Under the pieces are notes generated by a model, which saw nothing but the letters and a program-made list of their open reading frames with translations, did not search any database and had not been told where the DNA came from. From IMG/VR virus record IMGVR_UViG_3300032278_000002, positions 1 through 64,000 of that record: 64,000 nt of DNA. One strand, 5' to 3'. Below are positions 20,625 through 30,654 of the stretch, piece by piece; within the stretch, counting starts at the first letter, position 1; each line of letters starts with the position of its first letter. Source of the DNA: a virus. Both the position numbers and the translations under genes were made by a program.

Positions 20625-21287
20625 TCAGGATGAAGTTCCCTTTCCATCTTCAGGCAAAGGTTTGAATCCGGGCTTGTTCGAGGTACCGCTCCCGTCCGAC
20701 AAAAGCTTGGTCATGGCTACGGTCCCGCTCAAGATATTGTTGTAGCCCTTGAACATTTGATCGATGCACGCATTGTACGCTCGTTGCCATGTCACCTTAT
20801 CTTTTGAGTTCAAATTTTTATTTTGCAAGTATGTTTTGTCGATGTGTTCGGCCTTCTCGAAAAGCGCTACCGTGGAATACGTGACCAATCGCTGCGCGAT
20901 ATCCAAAGACCCCACCAAGAATCGACCGGCGGACTTCTCAAATCCCCCCAGCCCCTTCAACTTGTCGACGGTTTCCGGGGCGATGCCATTCCTCTCCAGC
21001 CCATCAGCTATGATATCCAGATTGTTAAGCTGCACGGCGTCTATCAACTCTCCCTGAGGAACATCGTCGCTCCGCTCCCGAGTCATGAGGGAGGCCACGG
21101 TCAGGTTGTGGAGATCGGCATTTGGGGAAAACAAGGCACGCAGCTTCTTGTCGTCCAAGATCCTATCCCGCAAAGTAGTAGTCGCTATGCCCAGTTCGGC
21201 AGCGGCCTTGGGCACGTCACAGCCAAACTTATTCAAGGCGTCCGTTATTGCCTTACGAGTCGGTGACTTTTCTTTTGACGCGGGCAT
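20625..21287 (-). CDS. Fis-type HTH protein, candidate terminase small subunit
   Basis: AITDALNKFGCDVPKAAAELGIATTTLRDRI; upstream of terL. Confidence 0.6.
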   Translation of the reverse strand: MPASKEKSPTRKAITDALNKFGCDVPKAAAELGIATTTLRDRILDDKKLRALFSPNADLHNLTVASLMTRERSDDVPQGELIDAVQLNNLDIIADGLERNGIAPETVDKLKGLGGFEKSAGRFLVGSLDIAQRLVTYSTVALFEKAEHIDKTYLQNKNLNSKDKVTWQRAYNACIDQMFKGYNNILSGTVAMTKLLSDGSGTSNKPGFKPLPEDGKGTSS

Positions 21288-21933
21288 CGCAAATTTCAGA
21301 GTACCTCTTGTTCCTATAGCTGGCGATAGTTTTATGGACGGTTACGAGGCTGCTCTTCAAGAACTTAAGGCGTCTGGAATATTCAACTATTTCCCCCCGA
21401 GCCTTATCGTGAAGCTCAGCTTTCCTAGCATTCACGTCATCCACCAAAGCCTTTCGCTCGTCCCGAAGCGACACATATTGGTCGTAAACCCTCTGCAACT
21501 TGTTGTCAAACTTCTGTAAGTCAGTCAAAAGCTCGGCGTACTCCTTGCCCTTGGACGCAGCAGAGTCCAAATTGGACTGGCATTCGGTTTCTTGAGAAGT
21601 CAAGCCATCGCGTTCGCGGACCAACTCGACGTAATCAATCTCTTGACCAATCAGATCTTCGAAATCTTTTTTTCTTAAAACTCTCAGGTATCTCATTTTC
21701 ATTGTTTTGAAATATAACACGAGCTTGCTCCAGAAGTTCAGCATACTCCTTTTCTCCGACGAACTCCCGGATGAGGATGTCTTTGATTCTATGGATTTTT
21801 TCAGAAGCTTTTCGTGATACCCTTCTGGCGGGATGATGAGATCCTCCGGAGGCAAGGAACTGGAGTCGCTCTTTCTCCGGGTTATTCTCCCTCCACCTTC
21901 TAGCCTTTCGCCGATTGAGTCTCTTTTTGTCAT
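21253..21933 (-). CDS. Coiled-coil hypothetical protein (true start probably near 21700)
   Basis: Heptad-rich C-terminal half; the 5' part overlaps 21635..22003. Confidence 0.55.
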   Translation of the reverse strand: MTKRDSIGERLEGGGRITRRKSDSSSLPPEDLIIPPEGYHEKLLKKSIESKTSSSGSSSEKRSMLNFWSKLVLYFKTMKMRYLRVLRKKDFEDLIGQEIDYVELVRERDGLTSQETECQSNLDSAASKGKEYAELLTDLQKFDNKLQRVYDQYVSLRDERKALVDDVNARKAELHDKARGEIVEYSRRLKFLKSSLVTVHKTIASYRNKRYSEICDARVKRKVTDS

Positions 21934-22003
21934 CTTCGATTTCTTCCGGGGTCATCCCCCGGCGTCTCTCAACGGTCTCCCGACGCCTGTCCGTTGCTTG
22001 CAT
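21635..22003 (-). CDS. Basic hypothetical protein
   Basis: KARRWRENNPEK motif common in phage DNA-binding proteins. Confidence 0.55.
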   Translation of the reverse strand: MQATDRRRETVERRRGMTPEEIEDDKKRLNRRKARRWRENNPEKERLQFLASGGSHHPARRVSRKASEKIHRIKDILIREFVGEKEYAELLEQARVIFQNNENEIPESFKKKRFRRSDWSRD

Positions 22004-22358
22004 TAAAATATTTCTTGATTAGAGGCATGAACACGGACTTCCACTGCGAGCTGTCCTTCAAGTAAGTGAACTTGGGGCCCCCCTTCTGATTACGGTAAGC
22101 AGTCAACCGATTTCGATCGGCGGAATTCTCGGGATCAAAATCGCAAGCGGCGCAAAACGACCTCAATTCTCCCACGGAAATCTCGTCCCACGTGCGCGAG
22201 TCATAGATAGCGCGTACGCGCGCGAGGGGGATATCCGATACAATGGCTATCTCTTCGTCGGAAATGGCTCTTATTCTTTTACCCGTAAGCCGCTTCTTGG
22301 CAAAACAGCGAATGAGGTAGGGAGGGTATTCGTCCAAAAGAGCCCAAGTTGTTCGCAT
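21969..22358 (-). CDS. Hypothetical protein, possible HTH
   Basis: SDEEIAIVSDIPLARVRAI. Confidence 0.65.
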   Translation of the reverse strand: MRTTWALLDEYPPYLIRCFAKKRLTGKRIRAISDEEIAIVSDIPLARVRAIYDSRTWDEISVGELRSFCAACDFDPENSADRNRLTAYRNQKGGPKFTYLKDSSQWKSVFMPLIKKYFNASNGQASGDR

Positions 22359-22377
22359 GGACTATTTTTAAAAAGAA

Positions 22378-23637
22378 CTATGAGAAAAAGTCAAGGTCTG
22401 AATCCAACAACTTGTTGAGGTTATCGATCTTAGCCTCAACCTTCTTCTTCACATTCTCCTCGATGGTGCCGGCAGCTATCACTATGCGCTGCACCGCAGG
22501 GCTCTTCGAACCCACTCTGTTGATCCTCCCCAAAGCCTGAACCAAATCCACGGCCGAATAAGAAGGAGAGACCAGCGCCACACGCGGCCGGCCGCGCGTG
22601 TCGTGTAGAGATATCCCCACGCCCCCGCACTGAATTTGGCATATGATCACTTTTTCATGATTGGTCTGGAAAAGCTCTATGTTCAGGGTTCGTTCGTCCG
22701 CGGACTGATCCCCGGTAACCAAACAAGGGGTGCCCAAGTTATTAGCCAGCTGGCGAATGCTTTCAGTGAAATTCAGAAAGACGGCCACCGAGTTCCCGGT
22801 ATTGAGGTAATCTCGAGCTAATTCAGTTATGGCAGGCACCTTCATCAACTCCACCGTCTGCCGAGCGCGCAATTGGTCGACTATAGGTAATGCCATGTCT
22901 TCCTTTCGGATCAAGGATAGTTCATCGAGGGCAGCTTGAATTTGCTTGGTTTTGCCGGTTTCCACCGAAAGGGCCTTGATTTGATTCTTCGGAAACCCCG
23001 GTATGTCAGTAGTGAGCTCGCGGTGCCCATGGTCGGGGAACAGTTTTTCATGAAGACGCTTTAACGCTTTGACGCCTCCTTTGAACTCAAAGCCGAAAGT
23101 CCCGCGGCGGACTCCGTGCTGATGCATCCAGTGAAACCAGTCGGAGCTGCCGTCATGGAAGCCTAAGACCATGCCGACCGCGTACATATCCATGGGGCTA
23201 GTAGCTATCGTCGCCGACATCATGAGGACCCTACAGTCAGTCCGAGTCAAAGCCGTCAACATCTTGGAATTCTGGGTTTTCCAGTTCTTACACCGGTGAA
23301 CTTCGTCCCATATGAACAAGCACTTGGGGGGTAGTTTCCACTTGTACTTTCGATTTTTGACAAGCCATCCCCCAAAGTCAAAGGCGGGACTCTTCACTTT
23401 TTCCGGATTTTTTATGAAAAAAGTTTTAACCCCGCATGCTTGAGCGGTTCTCTCCCAATCCGGAATGATGGTCTTGGGACACACGACCGCGATAGGCAAA
23501 TTAAGCTTCTTGGCCACCAAACAGGCCACGACGGTCTTACCGTACCCGGTGCCGGAAGCCTCGAGCGCGACCTTGTTCTTGGACAGGATCCTGTACAACT
23601 CGTCGAACCCCCGCTGCTGAAAAGGATATAATTTCAT
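22378..23637 (-). CDS. Superfamily 2 DEAD/H-box helicase
   Basis: GTGYGKT, WDEVH, SAT, QALGRINRVG. Confidence 0.92.
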   Translation of the reverse strand: MKLYPFQQRGFDELYRILSKNKVALEASGTGYGKTVVACLVAKKLNLPIAVVCPKTIIPDWERTAQACGVKTFFIKNPEKVKSPAFDFGGWLVKNRKYKWKLPPKCLFIWDEVHRCKNWKTQNSKMLTALTRTDCRVLMMSATIATSPMDMYAVGMVLGFHDGSSDWFHWMHQHGVRRGTFGFEFKGGVKALKRLHEKLFPDHGHRELTTDIPGFPKNQIKALSVETGKTKQIQAALDELSLIRKEDMALPIVDQLRARQTVELMKVPAITELARDYLNTGNSVAVFLNFTESIRQLANNLGTPCLVTGDQSADERTLNIELFQTNHEKVIICQIQCGGVGISLHDTRGRPRVALVSPSYSAVDLVQALGRINRVGSKSPAVQRIVIAAGTIEENVKKKVEAKIDNLNKLLDSDLDFFS

Positions 23638-23741
23638 TTCCTACACATTCCTACACATAAAAGGCGAGGGGGCGGGCGCTAACCCGCAACTGCGTCTACC
23701 CCTAAACGCATCCCCCCGCCAAAGTGTCGTTTCAACTAACA

Positions 23742-25160
23742 TCAACTAACATCCGGGTTGTATATCTTGTATCCACGGCCGCCGCTGGTCCTCGGGAGTC
23801 GAGTAACATGCTCTGGAGCAGACTTGGTCAGGAGCCCCATCAACTTGCCCATTTTACGACTGTCCTTTATTCCCAAGACGTCAAACTCCGTGGCTGCCTG
23901 CAACTGCAGCTTAGCCATGGCCTCAGAGGCGGATCCCGTCCAATCCGGTTCCTCTTGCCAATTGGTGCTGGCGGCCTTACCGGCTATCCTAGTTTTAGGG
24001 GACCCCCGGAAGAGGTATTTCCTCATAACCACCCAAAGCGCGGTGTGGTCCTCGTTGTCTTCTATCTCAAACTCGGCATCGGAGTTCATGTAGCTGGCTT
24101 GTCCAAAGCGCACACAGGGATTCTTTATCTTAAACTTGTCGAGGAAATAGGCGAAAGCAGGCAACTCGTTGATTAAATTGCTGTCCAGTTGTTCCTGTTC
24201 TTCGTCCGTGTCGTTCTTCAAACGACCCTTGAACTGTATGGGAGTGGACTTCATGACTATGAGTTTGTCGCGGGTCTCCTCCAAGGAAGGAAGACATCGC
24301 ATGGAATTGTCCGTGTTATTGACCAAAAACACTATTCGGTTGAATAACCTAGCCGACGTGAAGGACACCGCCTTCTCGTACTTGTCATGGTATTGGAACC
24401 CTTTCCCGGCGATAGCGTTCTTTATGTTCTCGCTCATCGTCAGCCTCTTGTCCAAGTCCATCGAGCCTCCGCGGTCATCCACAAGCCACATCTCGTTTCC
24501 TATGAGATCCCCGTTTCTATCAGACTGTCCCGACAGGAACGGAACCGGATTAAAGCAGGTCCTCCCGATCAACGGCCCCAATATGGCCGAAGTAAAGAAA
24601 GTTTTCCCATCGTTAGGCTCTCCCTTGAGGATAAATGCCTGCCCGGGGCGAAACCGCTGGTTGTCCAACGATTTCCTCAGGGAGGCCCTGCTACACTTCA
24701 GCCAACCGTAGAAATTATCCATTTGGCCGGAGTGTCCTCCGATAAGCTGCTCTATCAGTTCCCTTATGGTATCCCACTTGCCCGGTGCGGGCTTTATGTA
24801 AATGGGCTCGCTGTCCACAAGCACCCTCTGGTCTCCAAACTCATACACCCCCTTGCGCTTCCCGGAAATAGGAAGCTTGCCGTTGACCACGTTATTGAGC
24901 CGTATGGAACGGAGCATGCGACGGCCTAAGCCGGGCTTGCTTTCCGAACCGGGGGCCAAAGAGTAATCGAACAACAGATTCTGCAAAACATCGGCCTTCG
25001 CCATCTTCATGAGCTGCGTAACTCCCCTCGGGTCCTTGAAGAGATGGTACAAAGCTCCGTCCTGATGCACGAAGTACTCCGCTAGCACCGCGGCTTGCTT
25101 GGTCGCAACCTTGGAATTGGCCGCCGCGTTCTTGACCTTCTTGATGTTAGCTTTCTTCAA
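23742..25160 (-). CDS. Primase-associated P-loop helicase (SF3/DUF5906-like)
   Basis: Walker A GEPNDGKT, Walker B WLVDD; adjacent to primase. Confidence 0.75.
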   Translation of the reverse strand: MKKANIKKVKNAAANSKVATKQAAVLAEYFVHQDGALYHLFKDPRGVTQLMKMAKADVLQNLLFDYSLAPGSESKPGLGRRMLRSIRLNNVVNGKLPISGKRKGVYEFGDQRVLVDSEPIYIKPAPGKWDTIRELIEQLIGGHSGQMDNFYGWLKCSRASLRKSLDNQRFRPGQAFILKGEPNDGKTFFTSAILGPLIGRTCFNPVPFLSGQSDRNGDLIGNEMWLVDDRGGSMDLDKRLTMSENIKNAIAGKGFQYHDKYEKAVSFTSARLFNRIVFLVNNTDNSMRCLPSLEETRDKLIVMKSTPIQFKGRLKNDTDEEQEQLDSNLINELPAFAYFLDKFKIKNPCVRFGQASYMNSDAEFEIEDNEDHTALWVVMRKYLFRGSPKTRIAGKAASTNWQEEPDWTGSASEAMAKLQLQAATEFDVLGIKDSRKMGKLMGLLTKSAPEHVTRLPRTSGGRGYKIYNPDVS

Positions 25161-26097
25161 CGCCGTCCCCCGGTTCTTCCTTTACGTACAAGAGTTGCTG
25201 CTCCTTCTTTCCCCGAAAGGAATAAGGCAGCCGAGTCAAACGAACCGGGGTGAGGGAGTTGGGGTCCGCGCCACTCATGACCAACGGTTCGTAAAGGCTG
25301 TTTACCATGCTATCAAATTCCCGAGAAGTTTCCGTTCCCAAATCAACGATGGCGTGCACGCTTTTGCCGCCGGACGTCACAATTGATTTTATCGCCAACG
25401 GGAGAGTTATCAAGTATTTCAACCAATATTCGGTGATATTGGGGTAATCATGGTCACACTCCAGCACTAAATGGCGGAAATCAGTGACACAATCCTTTGA
25501 CCGCCACGACCCCTTGACGGCCTCTCCCTTCACCGGGTTGTTGAGGAAAAACACACCTTCTTCGCCACCGGGCACCCTGTGTGAATGTGGGGGCTTCTTG
25601 AAATCACGGGGGTAAAACAAATCCTTTTTGTAGCGGGCGCTCCTTAAGATGCAGGCGGTTTCGTCCGTCCGGAAAAGTTTGGATAGGAACTCCGCCACCG
25701 TGTGGCAGGAGTCCGTGTGTTTATCCAAGATTTTATAGGGATCCCCGACTCCATCGACCTGGTCTTCCAGACACTCGAAGTCAAAATCCACCGCAGGCCG
25801 CTTGGGCCGGGCGTTCCTCTCCAGCGGATCTAGGGCGAGGAACTCTTTCGCACGCTCTATAGAGCGGGAGGTTTCTTCGGCAAGCTTGGCTTCGTCACTT
25901 CTCGCTGACAGCGTTCGCACAATGCCTCGGATGTCGGACTCATCCACACCGCTTGCCATAAGCGAGATAACAGTCCGGTAATTCCAAGCATTACAGCCTT
26001 GGCCGTCCGGCGGACTACCCTCCACCAAACCTTCCTGCAACATAATTTCTGCGAGTGACTCTCCGGGCTTATTTTCATAGGTTGTTTCATGATTCAT
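25147..26097 (-). CDS. AEP-superfamily (RepB-like) primase
   Basis: HLVLECD, VTSGGKSVHAIV, RLTRLP. Confidence 0.78.
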   Translation of the reverse strand: MNHETTYENKPGESLAEIMLQEGLVEGSPPDGQGCNAWNYRTVISLMASGVDESDIRGIVRTLSARSDEAKLAEETSRSIERAKEFLALDPLERNARPKRPAVDFDFECLEDQVDGVGDPYKILDKHTDSCHTVAEFLSKLFRTDETACILRSARYKKDLFYPRDFKKPPHSHRVPGGEEGVFFLNNPVKGEAVKGSWRSKDCVTDFRHLVLECDHDYPNITEYWLKYLITLPLAIKSIVTSGGKSVHAIVDLGTETSREFDSMVNSLYEPLVMSGADPNSLTPVRLTRLPYSFRGKKEQQLLYVKEEPGDGVEES

Positions 26098-27872
26098 TTT
26101 TGGTATCTTGTTGTCAGGATCCCATCACAGTCCAGAGGCAGCCCGTGGATCCAGTCCGGTGTCTCCCTCATTATCTCCTTTATTTTATTCAAATCCTCCT
26201 CGTCGTCCACTTCGACGACCACCTCGTCGTGAACGTGCATGACCACCGAGAAATGTTTCTCCACTTCCAGTATAGCGTCTCGGAGGCAATCCCTCGCAGT
26301 GGCTTGCACTAAATTCTCAGTGAGCTTGCCTCCGTAAAACTTGTACCGAACGGCATTCATGGTGGTGCAGGCTCGATAGTCATAACCGAAGCGCTTCCCG
26401 GCTTCCCTAGTTATGGCAAAGTAGTTGAGGACTCTTCCCGAAGGTAATTCTATCGAGTAGTCTCCGTTCAGGGACCGGCGGAACGCCTTGTCCAAGGACT
26501 TCCACAACCTTATTATAAGCGGGTTGTTCTGCCGGTAATCGGAAACAACTTCCGAGGCTTCCTCAATGGATATATCCAACCCGGCGAGTATCTTGGCCAC
26601 ATCCACGAACTTCGCAGCTCCGCACCCAAACCCCAAACCAAGGCTACGGGCCTTCGCCAAAGCATAGAGCTCGGGATCTTCTTTCTTCAAGTTATTGCCC
26701 TCCCACCCCATGGTGACTTCCGCGTGGGCTTGGTAGGGAGAGGTGGTCTTGCATTTGTCCAAGAACTCGTGGTCTCCGGACAACGAGTGGATGACCCGGC
26801 ATTCGATCTGGCTGTAATCCACGATGGCGAACTTCTTGCCCGGCTGAGGGACTATCAGACTTCGTATGTTAACGGAAGTCCGCCCCGCCTTGACTGGGTC
26901 TCTGTGCAAATTCTGCATGTTAAGCCCGCCGGCTCCACTCCAACGCCCGGTGTGGGCACCGAAATAAAACAACCCGTATTCCATGCGCCGGATATCTCCG
27001 GTTCCCTCGCACCTGATCAAAATAGTTTCCACGGTTTTCAACAACTTGTTGTATTTCCTCCAAAGCTGGACCGCCTTGACGAACGGCGCGCTCTCGCCGT
27101 AAGTGTCGAACCAGAGCTCAAACTTAGGGTCCTTGGCATTCGTCGTCTTGGGTTTGGGTATTCCGGCCGTCTCGCAGGCAATGGCTATTTGCTTCGGGGA
27201 GGTCACGGGGACGGGTTTCCCCTTGGGAGTCTTGGTTCCAGCCCAAGGGATTGTCTTTTGCACCCGCTTCAAGGCCGCTTTCAGCGCTTTTTGGTAGGTC
27301 TTCGCACGTGCGTAATCTATATAAACTCCGCGTTCGCACATGGACAAGGTGTGGAGGGATATGGACTTTTCCTTGTCCGGCCACTGGGAGTGAAACTTGT
27401 TCCAGAATTTAAAACAAATCTGGGAGTCCAAGAGAGCATACTCTTTCCAGATTTCTTTCTGGTCGTCGTCCAGTGTGCTGTAGTGCACTCCTTTCATGTT
27501 ATCTCGGACATCCTTGCTCATCTTGTTGCCAAAAGCATTCTCGGAAGCAGTCGCAAGAGCTCGGCCCGCACACAAGAAGACCGAAAGATGGGAGGCGTCG
27601 TGCCAAACCTTGGGCATTACGCCGATCTTCTTCAACTCGACAAACCGGCGATGGACAGCGCGATCAAACCCGGTGTTCCAAGAAACCCACTCGAGGTCGG
27701 CTACCTGCTCCCAGTCAAAATCTTCCGGGGGGCCGGAATACTCTATCCCATCAGCTACTACTGATACGAGGGGGGATTCGAACCTCGGGTCGAGGACGTA
27801 TTTCCTCGGGCCAAGGGTCCTGACGGAATAATCCTCCGAATAGAAAGTTTCATAGTCAACGGCGCAATACAC
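26094..27872 (-). CDS. polA: Phage family A DNA polymerase with 3'-5' exonuclease
   Basis: Exo I VDYET; HTGRWSG; motif A DYSQIECR; motif B AKARSLGLGFG; motif C HVHDEVV. Confidence 0.95.
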   Translation of the reverse strand: MYCAVDYETFYSEDYSVRTLGPRKYVLDPRFESPLVSVVADGIEYSGPPEDFDWEQVADLEWVSWNTGFDRAVHRRFVELKKIGVMPKVWHDASHLSVFLCAGRALATASENAFGNKMSKDVRDNMKGVHYSTLDDDQKEIWKEYALLDSQICFKFWNKFHSQWPDKEKSISLHTLSMCERGVYIDYARAKTYQKALKAALKRVQKTIPWAGTKTPKGKPVPVTSPKQIAIACETAGIPKPKTTNAKDPKFELWFDTYGESAPFVKAVQLWRKYNKLLKTVETILIRCEGTGDIRRMEYGLFYFGAHTGRWSGAGGLNMQNLHRDPVKAGRTSVNIRSLIVPQPGKKFAIVDYSQIECRVIHSLSGDHEFLDKCKTTSPYQAHAEVTMGWEGNNLKKEDPELYALAKARSLGLGFGCGAAKFVDVAKILAGLDISIEEASEVVSDYRQNNPLIIRLWKSLDKAFRRSLNGDYSIELPSGRVLNYFAITREAGKRFGYDYRACTTMNAVRYKFYGGKLTENLVQATARDCLRDAILEVEKHFSVVMHVHDEVVVEVDDEEDLNKIKEIMRETPDWIHGLPLDCDGILTTRYQK

Positions 27873-28005
27873 GGTTCTTTCTGGTAAAAATTAGCTAGAG
27901 CGAGGCAAGCCTCGGCATCGACCCCCCGTTCCCGCGCCTGCCAGAACGGGAACGAGGAAGTTGACACCTTTAGGAGGCTCGCTGATGCGAGCAGTGATGG
28001 GAGGA

Positions 28006-28710
28006 TCACAAAATGCAGTGCTCTTCCAAGAACCCCAACATAGCGTCGTCGTGACGGCCCATCGACCGAAGAATCGGGACGAACCACGACATGGACTTGT
28101 TGGAACGGAGCTCGGAGGTGAGGCTCCACTTCCCGCGGTGGACTCCGTCGCGTAGATGTCCGGCCAGCATGGCCGTGGCGACGGTGCGACCAACGGTGTT
28201 GAAAGCGGAGGACTGAACGATCCAGAGAGCCCTCACGAACCCGACTTCCTTCTTCCCGGTGCCGAAGAAGAGCGTGGCATGCTCCTTGTCGACGGGAATG
28301 AGGACGACCAGCTCGGCTGCCTCCTTGACGCGGCGCTCGGCCTCGAATTCGAGAGAAAACCCCTCTGCCAGAAACTCCTCGCGGGTATTGAACCTCTTGG
28401 GACGGATCTCGGGGTCGAACTCACAGTCCTCCACGAAATACTTGTCCGCGCGAAGCACGGTGATCTCGATGGGTTCCTTGCCGTCACCGACGCAAAGCTC
28501 CTTGTTGAACACAAACCCTCCGGGGTCAAACTCGTTGCCGAGCATTCCAGTTTTCTGAACGAGCGAGAAATAGGGGATCCTAATGTCCTCTATGTCCCAC
28601 CCACTTCCGCCGGGGCCATTGTAGGCAGTTATTTCCGCTGCTTTTTCTACCACGATGTCCGTCGTTTCCTCTTCCTTCTTCGAAGGGCTTTTGAATGATG
28701 TCTTAGCCAT
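28006..28710 (-). CDS. Putative ssDNA-binding/annealing protein
   Basis: EDIRIPYFSLVQKT; between exonuclease and polymerase; strong codon bias. Confidence 0.55.
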   Translation of the reverse strand: MAKTSFKSPSKKEEETTDIVVEKAAEITAYNGPGGSGWDIEDIRIPYFSLVQKTGMLGNEFDPGGFVFNKELCVGDGKEPIEITVLRADKYFVEDCEFDPEIRPKRFNTREEFLAEGFSLEFEAERRVKEAAELVVLIPVDKEHATLFFGTGKKEVGFVRALWIVQSSAFNTVGRTVATAMLAGHLRDGVHRGKWSLTSELRSNKSMSWFVPILRSMGRHDDAMLGFLEEHCIL

Positions 28711-28747
28711 AGTTTTTTTGTAGTTTAGTATTATTGTTGATAGTAAA

Positions 28748-29854
28748 TTAGTTTTCTCGTTTCAAGGAGCGTACGTCATCCCCAAAGCCAAGTACCCCGG
28801 CTTTCTCCAAAGTAGCCTCCAGCACTTTCCGGGCTTTGCCTTTTTCTCCCCTTTCGGACATGGACCCAATTGATTTCTGAAGCTTGGGCAAACTCACCGT
28901 GGCACACTCCAAGAACTCGTCCAAGTCCAGCAAATCCTTCAAAACGTCGTAAACTTCCTGAGTGCTGGTGAATTTAGGGCGGCCTCGTCGTATATTCAAG
29001 TGATAGTTGGGGATTTCGACCCCATCCTCCACCCGCATGGCCATGGCGGATTCCTTTATCTCCCGAATGAAAGCTTCCAACGCCGGGACCGCATCCAGCA
29101 CGGCTGACAAGTATTCCGCATCGTCCATGTCGCCGGCTGGAGGCAGCAGCCCCGGCCTTACCCCACTATTGAGAAATTTTACGAAAGAGGGGCAATGTAC
29201 CTTTCGAGCGCAGTACAAGCAGTTCTTGGGAGCGGCATGGAGTAGTGCCTCGTCTTGAGTGTCGTCGTACTCCTGCACCCTTTCGACGATGCCTCTGATT
29301 TTGACGAGGATTTCCTCCACGCCGTCCCGTGTGAACTGCGCCGTACTGATTACACCTAACCGAGGTTGCAGAAAATGCATAATGGCGGTTTCCACGTGAG
29401 GGAACTCAGCGAGCGTCCCGGCGACGTAAGCCATTCCCTGTAAATTTACCTCCGCGTCCGCGACGGGCAACCACCCGAACTTATAATCTATCACGTGCGC
29501 GACTTTCCCGAGATCCGTCAAAACCAAGTCGCAGAACCCGTAGACCTCCCCGTCGCAATGGAGTTTCCGCTCGTTGTGGAACGAGGGGTTTTCCATGTCG
29601 GCCGCCAAATCATCAACGTAATCCTGACAAACGGAAACCAGCTCCTTCAAGTTAGCGGGAAGCTTGGACCAATTCCCGGAATCCAGCGCCTCGTGGCAGT
29701 CGATGCCTTCCAGCGTGACTGGGTGCATCTTGGACTGGTCTTCGAACTCCCGGGCCACGTAACCCGGGCATCCGTCGAAATAAGCCAACTTACTCGGGCT
29801 GACCCGGGCGTGCTTCCTATCGGAGTGGTCTACTACTAGTTTTATTTTTTTCAT
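28748..29854 (-). CDS. PD-(D/E)XK exonuclease (DUF2800/Cas4-like)
   Basis: HARVSPS...CPG, GFCD...VIDYKFG, NLQGMAY, CLYCARKVHC. Confidence 0.88.
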   Translation of the reverse strand: MKKIKLVVDHSDRKHARVSPSKLAYFDGCPGYVAREFEDQSKMHPVTLEGIDCHEALDSGNWSKLPANLKELVSVCQDYVDDLAADMENPSFHNERKLHCDGEVYGFCDLVLTDLGKVAHVIDYKFGWLPVADAEVNLQGMAYVAGTLAEFPHVETAIMHFLQPRLGVISTAQFTRDGVEEILVKIRGIVERVQEYDDTQDEALLHAAPKNCLYCARKVHCPSFVKFLNSGVRPGLLPPAGDMDDAEYLSAVLDAVPALEAFIREIKESAMAMRVEDGVEIPNYHLNIRRGRPKFTSTQEVYDVLKDLLDLDEFLECATVSLPKLQKSIGSMSERGEKGKARKVLEATLEKAGVLGFGDDVRSLKREN

Positions 29855-30043
29855 CTTAAATTACAGCCCGGAATCTAGGGAGCGTAAGTTCGGGATGTAC
29901 CTTCCCGCCAATTGCTCTATCTCTCCGTGGTTCAAAAGGGCCCACATGTGTCATCCCGAACATGGCGTTTACGAAACACTACTATTTCACTACATGCAAG
30001 GAAAAAAGTTGACTTTTGTAAAAAAAAATCAAAGATCCGCATT

Positions 30044-30217
30044 ATGACTAAGGAAAACGTAAAAAAAGTTGTGGGGGTCCGGTTGACGGAAACCACTAAA
30101 AACAAGCTCGATACGCTCTCCGCCAAGTACCAAGTGTCCGTATCCACGTTAGTGAGGATAGCGGTTAACCGACTTGTCCAAGACGCGGAGAAAGATAAGG
30201 AGATTTCCTTGTCATGA
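30044..30217 (+). CDS. Ribbon-helix-helix (CopG/Arc-like) regulator
   Basis: VVGVRLTETTKNKLDTLSAKYQVSVSTLVRIAV; ATG at 30044 at a divergent junction with TTGACT at 30009. Confidence 0.8.
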   Translation: MTKENVKKVVGVRLTETTKNKLDTLSAKYQVSVSTLVRIAVNRLVQDAEKDKEISLS

Positions 30218-30654
30218 TAGCCGTGGACCCGGGTGTGAAGGGCGGCATGGCCTACGACGTCGGGAGTGGCCCGATATTAACCTCGTGGGGAGGCGTCGCC
30301 AAAATGTACGAAGAGTTGGAGACAGTGCTTACGGTTATGAAGACCCCGCCTAACACGGCACCCGTCGCATATGTGGAGCACGTCACGGCCTCTCCCATCA
30401 TGGGAAGGAAGGCGGCGTTTACTTTCGGGCACAACTTCGGGCAGTGGGAAACGCTTTTCTTCGCGCTCAACGTGCGCGTGGAGCTAATCAAGCCACAAGT
30501 GTGGCAAAGGGGAATACCGGGGCTTGGTGGAAGTACTCGGAAAAGAGCCTTGAAAGCCCATGCGACGAGACTTTACCCGGATCTTAAAGTTACGGCGGCG
30601 ACACAAGACGCCCTCCTGATACTAGACTACGCAAAAAGGACATATGATGGCTAA
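30214..30654 (+). CDS. RuvC-like Holliday junction resolvase
   Basis: IAVDPG, YVEHV, AFTFG, PQVWQR, DALLI. Confidence 0.85.
   Translation: MIAVDPGVKGGMAYDVGSGPILTSWGGVAKMYEELETVLTVMKTPPNTAPVAYVEHVTASPIMGRKAAFTFGHNFGQWETLFFALNVRVELIKPQVWQRGIPGLGGSTRKRALKAHATRLYPDLKVTAATQDALLILDYAKRTYDG

Noticed and set aside
20372-20647. 91-aa ORF between the HTH gene and terL
   Set aside because: About half overlaps terL out of frame; cannot be supported without homologues
28748-29854. Cas4-like nuclease as evidence of CRISPR-Cas
   Set aside because: DUF2800-type exonuclease in its usual phage context beside the SSB-like gene and PolA
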